A stretch of 64,000 bases of DNA from Marsupella aquatica. Its lineage: Eukaryota > Plantae > Marchantiophyta. The notes below the pieces were generated by a model. That model ran no database searches and was not told the origin of the DNA. It was given only the letters and a program-made list of their open reading frames with translations. The translations under genes and the position numbers were made by a program. The stretch covers positions 25,295,899-25,359,898 of the forward strand of contig OZ316891.1 of the NCBI GenBank assembly GCA_973895155.1, in the 5' to 3' direction. Below are positions 37,773-46,299 of this stretch, piece after piece. Within the stretch, counting starts at the first letter, position 1; every line of letters starts with the position of its first letter.

Positions 37773-39593
37773 TTGGTGGAGAGTTGGGAACCACAGCTTG
37801 GCCCTAAGTTAACAGGGGAGGAGAGATGTCGCATGCATCGATTCCTGAAGAGTTATTGGAATTGTTTTGCATTCAGCATGAAGGATTTGGGGACATTGAA
37901 GGGCCCTGGTATTCAAATTGAATTGGCTAGTGATACGCCAATCTTTCGTAGATCATACCGTTATAGTGACATGGAGAGAGCTCTGATTCAAAGCAGAACT
38001 CGAGATTTATTGGAGGCTGGATTGGTGGAGATTTCATATGGGGAGTATGCATCTACCACAATGATGCCAGCCAAGAAGGATGTGCATGGCAATTACATAG
38101 ATAGGCGCATGTGTGGTGATTACAGACCTATTAATCGCCAGACAAAATCTGATCGATATGCCATGCCCACACCTGAGGAGATCTTTGATGCTGTGGGGCA
38201 TGCAAAGGTTTTCAGTTCATTGGATCTGAGCGCAGGATACCATCAGCTTCCAATTAGGCATGCTGACAGGTCCAAGACAACATTCTGGGGGATTGATTCT
38301 TATGGCAAAGATCGTTTGTATCAATGGTTATTCTTACCATTTGGGTTGAAGAATGCACCAGCTGAGTTCCAGAGAGTCATGGATCGAATCCTTGCAGGTT
38401 TGGATTTTGTCAGATGTTATATTGATGATATTTTGGTCTATTCTTCTACTGTGGAAGAACATCAACAACACTTGCAGATTGTGTTGGAGAGATTGAGAGC
38501 ACATGGGTTGAAGCTCCATCCTGGCAAGTGTAAGTTCTTCCAAGACCAGATTGAGTATTTGGGCCACACTATATACCCAGGGGGATTGGGTGTACAGCAG
38601 ACTAAAGTGGAGACCATTACACAGATTCCTCATCCTACTGATGTGAGTAGAGTTCGTGCATTCTTGGGATTGGCGAGCTACTACAGGAGGTATGTTAAAG
38701 GATTTAGCCAGCTTGCTAAACCTTTAACCATACTCACTAAGTTGGATCAGGAATGGACTTGGGGTGATGACCAAGAGCATGCCTTTCAGGAGTTGAAGCA
38801 AAGGTTGGCATCATCCCCTATTTTGAGAAGACCCATTTCAGGCAGACCATTTCAGCTACACACTGATTGGAGTGGAGTAGGACTTGGAGCAGTGCTGACT
38901 CAGAAGGATGATGAGGGGAATGAGTTTGTTGTGGCTTATGCCAGTAGATCAAACAATGCAACAGAGGCTAAGTATAGCTCTTATGAGGGAGAGTATTTGG
39001 CAGCAGTGTGGGCTGTTGCACACTTTCGTTGCTACTTGTTTGGTAACCCCTTTACCTTGATCACTGATCATCAGCCTCTTAAGTGGTTAATGGAGTCTGA
39101 CAAGCTTACAGGGAAGCTTGCACGATGGGCATTGTTGTTACAGGAGTATGATTTCCAGGTGGTGCATAGGCCTGGAAAAGTGAACTTGGATGTAGATGGA
39201 TTAAGCCGCAATCCATGTACCAGTCAGCAAGATGAGACTGGAGTCAGATGGCATGATGAGTCAGATAAGGAGATGGTGCCAGGATGGCATGCATCTACCT
39301 TTCTTTGTTGGGTGCCAGCATACAGTGGATCTGTGGACTCTACCTCATTGGATGGAGTGGATGATGAGTCTTCAGATGTAGATGTTGGTGAGGTAACTTC
39401 TGGACAACAAGATATTCACAATGATGTGAGAGTGTTGGAATATCTGCACAGTGGTTCTATTGTTGGCAGTGTTGATGCCAAGGAACGTGACAGGGTTCTA
39501 CAGAGAGCCAAGAGGTTTCGATGGGAGGGAAACCATCTTTTGAGAGTACTGCATGATGGTAGGATGTTGGTGGTACCAAAACCATCACAATGA
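37773..39593 (+). CDS. Gypsy reverse transcriptase and RNase H
   Basis: RMCGDYRPIN, LDLSAGYHQ, PFGLKNAP, YIDDIL, LHTDWS, TDHQPLKWL. Confidence 0.97.
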   Translation: MVESWEPQLGPKLTGEERCRMHRFLKSYWNCFAFSMKDLGTLKGPGIQIELASDTPIFRRSYRYSDMERALIQSRTRDLLEAGLVEISYGEYASTTMMPAKKDVHGNYIDRRMCGDYRPINRQTKSDRYAMPTPEEIFDAVGHAKVFSSLDLSAGYHQLPIRHADRSKTTFWGIDSYGKDRLYQWLFLPFGLKNAPAEFQRVMDRILAGLDFVRCYIDDILVYSSTVEEHQQHLQIVLERLRAHGLKLHPGKCKFFQDQIEYLGHTIYPGGLGVQQTKVETITQIPHPTDVSRVRAFLGLASYYRRYVKGFSQLAKPLTILTKLDQEWTWGDDQEHAFQELKQRLASSPILRRPISGRPFQLHTDWSGVGLGAVLTQKDDEGNEFVVAYASRSNNATEAKYSSYEGEYLAAVWAVAHFRCYLFGNPFTLITDHQPLKWLMESDKLTGKLARWALLLQEYDFQVVHRPGKVNLDVDGLSRNPCTSQQDETGVRWHDESDKEMVPGWHASTFLCWVPAYSGSVDSTSLDGVDDESSDVDVGEVTSGQQDIHNDVRVLEYLHSGSIVGSVDAKERDRVLQRAKRFRWEGNHLLRVLHDGRMLVVPKPSQ

Positions 39594-39602
39594 GTACATT
39601 TA

Positions 39603-40853
39603 GTGCGACATGCGCACGAGGAGTTGGGTCACTTTGGTGTGAAGCGCACTTACAGCTTGTTGCAAACACAGTATTGGTGGCGTGGTATGCACACTCATGT
39701 CCAGCAGTTGATAGCTAAGTGTGTGGTATGTGATAGAGTGAGAGCATCATTTAATGCTCCCACTCCCCAGTTGCACCCGTTGCCGATCATGGGTTTGGGA
39801 TATCGTTGGAGTTTGGATTTTGTTGGTCCATTACCTCTTACCCAACGTCATAATCGGTATGTTTTGGTCATGGTGGAGCACTTCTCCAAGTGGATTGAGC
39901 TAGTGGTGTTGCCAGATAAAGCCAGTGGAGGAGTTGCTACTACATTTTTGGATCGTGTACTCAGTCATTTTGGAGCACCAGCTGAGGTGTTGACTGATCA
40001 GGGAACTGAGTTCCGTGGAGAGTTTGAGAGTTTGTGTGAAAAAGCTCTGATTGATCATCGTACTACCTCTCGTGATCATCCTAAGGCAGATGGATTAGCT
40101 GAGAGAGTTGTGCAAACTGTGAAGAGAGGATTGCATAAGTATGGCTTGCAGGTTGGTCATCTGGGAGATTGGGATCTCCAGCTACCTTGGTTAGCTATGG
40201 GCTACTGTTTCAGTCGGCAAGCATCACTCGCATCCTTCTCACCTTACTTTTTGCTCTATGGTAGAGAGCCAGATTTGCCAGTAGCTATTCGTCGTGATGC
40301 TGCATCAGTTGTGAACTTGGATGATCTTGATGTTTGGGTCAAGGTGTGTTCAGAGAGAGCACGGGTATTTCAGCGAGTGATGCCCATGGCTTTTGACAAC
40401 CTTGCCATTGCCCAACATCGTGATACTTTGAGGTATGCCACTATTCGTGGAGGAGGTTACCGTGCCAGCATTCGACGATTTCATCCTGGTGATTATGTTT
40501 ATTTGCAGCAGACAACACCCACCACACTTGATGTAACCGCAGGCCGGACAATCTTACGTGTGCGTGAAGTGTTGCCTTCTGGTGTCCTGATGTTGGAGGG
40601 ACGCGATGGTATGGTTTGGAAGGATCATGTGCGCAACTATGCACCATGTCACCTTCCCAACATTGATGGCACTGTAGATCCAAGTTTGGCACATGTTCGT
40701 GCTGGCTTGAAATGTATGTTGTGTGGATCTGCTCACGGAGCAGCTACTATGTTGATTTATGATCAGTGTTCTAGAGGATGGCACATGTCATGTTTGACAC
40801 CACCATTGCAGGTGATTCCTAGTGGATCATGGTTGTGTCCTCACTGTCGATGA
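39603..40853 (+). CDS. Gypsy DDE integrase with C-terminal PHD finger
   Basis: HEELGHFG...CVVC, SLDFVGPLP, LTDQGTEF, DGLAER; PHD CMLC...xDQCSRGWHMSCLTPPL...WLCPHC. Confidence 0.95.
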   Translation: MRHAHEELGHFGVKRTYSLLQTQYWWRGMHTHVQQLIAKCVVCDRVRASFNAPTPQLHPLPIMGLGYRWSLDFVGPLPLTQRHNRYVLVMVEHFSKWIELVVLPDKASGGVATTFLDRVLSHFGAPAEVLTDQGTEFRGEFESLCEKALIDHRTTSRDHPKADGLAERVVQTVKRGLHKYGLQVGHLGDWDLQLPWLAMGYCFSRQASLASFSPYFLLYGREPDLPVAIRRDAASVVNLDDLDVWVKVCSERARVFQRVMPMAFDNLAIAQHRDTLRYATIRGGGYRASIRRFHPGDYVYLQQTTPTTLDVTAGRTILRVREVLPSGVLMLEGRDGMVWKDHVRNYAPCHLPNIDGTVDPSLAHVRAGLKCMLCGSAHGAATMLIYDQCSRGWHMSCLTPPLQVIPSGSWLCPHCR

Positions 40854-41854
40854 AGCCGACTAGTTATCATTTGTGTTCTCTTGGCAGATATAGATTGCAG
40901 GTAGGTGATTGATGGGGCTCATTTGCACCCGGCCTCCTGATCTTCACACCTAAAAAGGTGTATATCAACCTTGTAGAACTCATGGCTAGCTAGAGTTAGG
41001 GGACCTTACTCCCAGCTAGGGGGGCGATTGTGGGTTTTGGACATGTGTGGACATGAGTTCCACTTGTATTCCATTCTCTTGTGTTTGTGATGTGGCAGTG
41101 TGACTATGTCTGGATGTATGTGACAAGCGATGTATGTTGTGTAGCGATATGTATGCGCACGACAGCTGTCACACCATTCTGAGTAGTGTAGGAGTGTATC
41201 ATACTATCTAGGTCCGTATGTTTGGTATATGTGCTATATGAGCTGATAAGGTTCCGTCAGGTTTGTGTGAGAGGGTACTTCTCACTTGTGAGGCATTGAA
41301 AGGTCATCTTTCAATGTTGAGCCTTGGAGAGAGAGGAGCTTGAGTGTGGCTATGGTGGCTGTGAGCTCCGCTTGTGTAACGTGGATTCCTTGAGTAGTGC
41401 AAGGTGCGTTGGCTTGACATACGTGTGTGATCGGATCGGTGCGGGATCGATGGGGTATTGTTGACTGGGATCATTGTGCCGATTGTATTGAGATTATTGT
41501 GGGTTTTGGACATGTGTGGACATGAGTTCCACTTGTATTCCATTCTCTTGTGTTTGTGATGTGGCAGTGTGACTATGTCTGGATGTATGTGACAAGCGAT
41601 GTATGTTGTGTAGCGATATGTATGCGCACAACACTGCCTATGACGGGAAGAAGGCCAGAAAAGAAGGTGAACGGAAGGTTGAGAAGGAACCATCGAGCGA
41701 CATCAGTCAGTCTGACTCGCTAACCAGTCCAAGAAAAACATCAGGTATTACTCGATTCCTTTCGCACTGCATAGTGGTTTCATTTGGAACTACATCTTGG
41801 CTGGGTTTGCTAACATAGTACTGAACCAATTTCGGGGTCGTTGAGATAGACTGC

Positions 41855-42030
41855 ATCTCATCTCGGCGAGGCTCGCTGAGAACAAACAAGTTTCAGTCGC
41901 ATCTCGTTCGAACCCTTGGATCTCATCTCGGCGAGGCTCGTTGAGAAGAATAGCCAAATGTCGTCCGGACCTTTGCAGATGAAGTATAATGTCAAGTGTC
42001 TGGATATCATGTCGGTGAGGCTCGCGGAGA
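41855..42030. repeat. Family B palindromes inside predicted intron 41745-42071
   Basis: ATCTCGGCGAGGCTCGCTGAGA-type copies near 41860, 41925 and 42010. Confidence 0.8.
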
Positions 42031-43844
42031 AGCTTAGGATCAATAACCCCATTGCTTTGCAATCTATCCAGGTATGAAGGAGATACCGGAGGAACCAGGT
42101 TCTGTAAAAAGCAAGGCTGTAGAAGTGGCTTCAAAGCCAATTATAGAGAAGGCTCCACAGCCAACAATAGAGTCGGCTACAGAACCAACTGCAGAACCAA
42201 CGATAGAGCCGGCTACACTACAACAAGGCAACCAGCAAGTGGAGCAACAAAGCGTGCAGCCTTCGATAGAGCCAATGGTAGACCAGCCTCTGGACCAACA
42301 AAGCAAGCAGGAACAAGAGCATGATGCATCCCAAGGAGAGAACGCAACCCAAGGAGGGGATCATTCAGACGACGTACGGGTAGATAACGAAGGAGAAGAT
42401 GAACGGGTAGAGGACGAAGGAGAAGACGAACGGGTAGAGGACGAAGGAGAAGACAAACAAGAGGGGTGTGAGTCTGATACTCCGGCGCCAAAACGGATGC
42501 CATTATCCTCAAGGCCAAAGACAAAGGCTGCAAAAAAGACCAAAACAACGAGGCCCAAACCTCACCGCGCAAAAGCACGTGACACTGAGCTTGAAGACAT
42601 TCCGCCCAGCCCCATAGAGCAACCCCCGCCTAGCACCATACCACAACCCCCGCCCAGCCCAATAGAGGTTCTGCCCACGACAATCCAACATGAGGCCCCA
42701 ATGGATGGCCCAAATTACGAAGAGGACGTTGAAGGCGAACCGGAGTCGGATGGCACAGAGGTGGTTGGAGTTCGGCGTTCAAGCGCCGATAACTTTTCTT
42801 CCCCGCTCAGGCATTGTTATTTTAAATGGTCTCCGTATCTTTTCAAAACTTACTTTGACGCTGCCAATGACAGTAAAGAACCGGCTGTGGTACTCCGTAA
42901 CTTTAGAGACTAGTGTAGAAAGCTTAGGCGGGGTGGTTTGGCTGTAGAAGGCTGGCTAAAGAACGGGAAGCCTGCAAGGTCTGGTGCAAATCTGATTCTG
43001 ATTCAAATGGGATCAGACACCCGCATGCACGCGGATGGGACCATCCCATTGTGGAATTTGTTCCGGCCAGACGACCTCAATCGGGTTGAGGATTTTGCGC
43101 GAGTTTTCCTCGATGATGAGGGATTGTTTGGCATAGTGCACAGTGCTTCGGTTGCCCACTCCGCAGTACTTTGTGACAGTCTCAATTACGAAGAGACCAA
43201 TTGGGTGCTGAAAGACACCTTTTTCATCTGGAACGCCACACCCACCTTCGACTTCACGACTCGAAAGTGGGTAAGTCTAATAGATTTAACTCCATTCTTG
43301 TCTTATGTTCTTTCGATGACTTGTACTCAGAAAGACTCATCACTGACTTTGTTCTATACGTCCAGAGTGAATATCTCAAGCTGGACCTTTGGGGATTTAA
43401 ATCGTCTGCCGAGGTATGCCCAAAGGATGACGTGAAGCCAATCAGTGTCGAGCTTGATATGAAGTTGAGGAACGGGCTAACTAACTATACAACGGGTCAG
43501 AATGAGACCATTGATGATTTTGGTGGCACCTTGTCTCCAGCTACACTCCAATGTATAATAGAATATACAACTAAGCCAGGGGAACTGTTGTCACGTTCAA
43601 TGCACACTTCGGGGCTATCTTTAAGGCTGGTGAGAACTGTGGGCGGATGGTCTTTGGGACCGAATCCTATCCGTACTTCAAATCTTATGCGGAAGACACG
43701 ATGACAGAGTTCGTTGGAGTGCCTCTAACGGAGCAAGAGGAGGCAATGGATCGTCGAAAATCCAATCCAGAAAAGCGCAAGAATAAAAAGCCTTCATGTG
43801 AGTTTACTACCGTTTCCCTTCAATGATTTTAATATTGTCCCATA

Positions 43845-44420
43845 GTATTTCAGCGGACTCTCCGAGATGGCTCTCCATCTGGGCAAATCCATCTCGGCTG
43901 ACCTCTTCGAGATGCATGTCGGCCGGCCTAGCCGAGAGGATCGCATCTGGCCCGGGCACTTTGAGATTTGCTGGAAAGTCCCTCTCAGCTGGCCTCTCCG
44001 AGATGCATGTCGGCGGGCCTCGCCGAGAGGAATCGCATCTGGCCCGGGCATATTCAGATTTCCAGGCAAGTCCATCTCGGCTGGCCTCTCCAAGATGCAT
44101 GTCGGCGGGCCTCGCCGAGAGGAATCGCATCTGGCCTGGGCATATTCAGATTTCCAGGCAAGTCCATCTCGGCTGGCCTCTCCGAGATGCATGTCGGCGG
44201 GCCTCGCCGAGAGGAATCGCATCTGGCCCGGGCATATTCAGATTTCCAGGCAAGACCATCTCAGCGGGCCTCTCTAAGATGCATTCAGCGGGCCTCGCCC
44301 AGATGAATCCCGGGTGGCCTGGCCACGTCAACTTCTACTGGCAAGTCCACGTAGGGCCTTAGATGCATCTGGAGGGACAAAAATACATCTTGGCTAGCCT
44401 CTCTGAGATCTATCTCGAAA
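43845..44420. repeat. Family B tandem array of about 92-bp units, two palindromes per unit, in predicted intron 43798-44539
   Basis: Equivalent positions at 43909, 44000, 44092 and 44184. Confidence 0.9.
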
Positions 44421-44856
44421 GGCGACTCAATGGATTATCTGGGGTGTCCACATCGGCTCACTTGCCTCACAAATTTGTTCTTGTGATCCGTCTATTCCGG
44501 CGCAATACATGATTCGATTTAAGTATAACTTAGTAGCAGTTCCCGACAGGACCACCGAGTCGGCAACCGAGGAATGGGACACACAGGACAGACGACTTGT
44601 GAAGCTCGCTTGGGAGGAAGCTTCGGCATTATTCTCTCCGGAGAAGTCAAGCCTACCGTGCTACGCTGATACGTATCATGAAGAAAGAGTTGCTCATTTT
44701 GTGAAAGAGAGAACAAGGAAGACTCTCAAATTTGTCGATGATAGGGCAGAAGAGGCTGAATCGGATGAGAGTAGCTCGGTAGGAAGTGATAGTGATAGTC
44801 TCCAAACTCACCATGCAAGCATAAGTTTGTCAAGCTCCAATTCCGAAGAGTAATTT

Positions 44857-45681
44857 TTGGGTGAATTTACCTTCATTGCAGCTCAGAAGCAAACTGAGCC
44901 ACAACAACCAGTCGACAAGGTAGTGACTGCCCAGCAAGGAGTCAATCAGGGGGTGCCTGTGCACCAACGACCAAATCAGGGGGTGCCTGCACAACGACAT
45001 CAACCCGCCATACTTGCGACCATAGTCAAAGAAGCATTGGACTCCAACAGGGACCAAGATGAAGTCCTAGTCAGCCTCGGCGACTTAAAATTGAAGAGAA
45101 AAGATTTCAAATGCTTGAGGGCAAAAAAATGGCTCACTTGTGACATCATCAATGCTTACATTCCTCTATTGGAGCGTAGAGCAGAGGTCATTGCAAAACC
45201 CAAATGCATGCTTTTGCCCACACATTTTGACAATGTCTTGACGCATCCTGCGTACAGCTTCAACACAGCGTTGGCATTTGTGAAGGGCATTGACGTCTTT
45301 TCATTCGACCTCATTCTAATCCCCATCCACAGGCCAAAACATTGGGTACTAGCTGTGGTCGATTTTACTTTGCAGCAACTACATTTGCTCGATCCCATTG
45401 GAGGCGAAGCATCGGAATGCGACAATTTGGTGAATGTCGGTCGGTTTCTCCATGACCTGTCCCGCTTGCGCAGTTGTCCCCACTTATCGCCATTACAATG
45501 GCAACGCATCGTCCGCGACAATATTCCAGCCCAACCCGATAGTTACAATTGTGGAGTATATGTCATAATGTACATGGAGCGTCTTTCTAGAGGCTCTATA
45601 TTGGCGGTTGACCCTAAACATGTACTGCTTATACGACAAAAGATTATTGTAGACCTAATCTGCCAGATGATCAGTTTGTAG
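44857..45681 (+). CDS. Ulp1/C48 protease domain of gene B
   Basis: WLTCDIINAYI, LIPIHRPKHWVL, LLDPIG, AQPDSYNCGVYV. Confidence 0.92.
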   Translation: MGEFTFIAAQKQTEPQQPVDKVVTAQQGVNQGVPVHQRPNQGVPAQRHQPAILATIVKEALDSNRDQDEVLVSLGDLKLKRKDFKCLRAKKWLTCDIINAYIPLLERRAEVIAKPKCMLLPTHFDNVLTHPAYSFNTALAFVKGIDVFSFDLILIPIHRPKHWVLAVVDFTLQQLHLLDPIGGEASECDNLVNVGRFLHDLSRLRSCPHLSPLQWQRIVRDNIPAQPDSYNCGVYVIMYMERLSRGSILAVDPKHVLLIRQKIIVDLICQMISL

Positions 45682-45982
45682 ATAGAGGATCGATGGATTG
45701 CCTTTGTGAATTCAATTTGTGAATATTTCACAACAGAGCAACATGTTGTATACGAAGTAAAATAAAAATTTCCTCCAAAGGTTATTTTCTACGCTGGACC
45801 CCGTGTTGTTCTTCAATGTCATGCCGAGCTCTCCTGGATAAGTCGGCGAGGGTCTTTGAGATGAGTCTTTGAAAGGGACGTGTTGTATGGACTCTGTTGT
45901 ACGATGTGTTGTATGGATCCTTTTTGAGATTTAGTAGCGACACCCCATGATATATCGAAGACCCTGTGTGAGAAGTTTTTTT

Positions 45983-46045
45983 TTTCCTCGAATTTCAGTT
46001 GAATCTCGGCGGGGCTCGCTGAGATTCAACTGAACTTCGAGGAAA
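45983..46045. repeat. Extended family B hairpin
   Basis: 25-bp arms with one mismatch around the core GGCGGGGCTCGCT. Confidence 0.85.
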
Positions 46046-46299
46046 TCTCAGAGAGGCCGCCAAGATTGAAACTTTATATTCTCCTTTAATGTCAGAGAGG
46101 CAGCCGACATAAGAAATGGTCGAAGTAAAGTACCCGATCCAACCTCAAAGAGGCGCCGACAATGGCGCGGACTGCGATTGGGTTGTGGATTGGGTTGTGC
46201 CCCAGAAGAATTCATCTCAGCTGATTCGCTGAGTTCCGGTGTTGGACTGATATCAGTCACTGATGAAACTCACTGATAACTGATGAAGTACACGACCCC

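Larger units (their letters stand above)
32065..41633 (+). mobile_element. Ty3/gypsy retrotransposon carrying a C5 DNA methyltransferase and a PHD finger, with split repeats
   Basis: TG...CA ends, TSD CTGC. Repeats A1 32065-32394, B1 41028-41164, A2 41167-41496, B2 41497-41633. PPT AGGGGGGCGA 41018-41027. Domain order Gag-PR-DNMT-RT-RH-INT-PHD. Confidence 0.93.
30011..45681 (+). pseudogene. Spliced fusion gene B: ParB/Srx-like + helical region + acidic/Pro linker + degenerate amino-MTase fold + Ulp1/C48 protease; split by the gypsy at 32065-41633
   Basis: FWVFDGNHRYTAW (ParB-like). Phase-compatible introns 30727-30855, 41745-42071, 43271-43365 and 43798-44539. The frame TDPA|YDGKK is restored on removing the gypsy. 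One TAA at 44851 precedes the in-frame Ulp1 ORF. Confidence 0.65.

Noticed and set aside
32065-41633. DIRS/Ngaro tyrosine-recombinase element
   Set aside because: It has an aspartic protease, a DDE integrase, a PPT and a TSD, and no YR motif was seen
44857-45681. Ulp1 as a standalone host SUMO protease gene
   Set aside because: It has no proper start, is in frame with the upstream exon of gene B, and is flanked by family B repeats
222-46299. Endogenous giant virus or Polinton
   Set aside because: No capsid, packaging ATPase or DNA polymerase motifs were recognised
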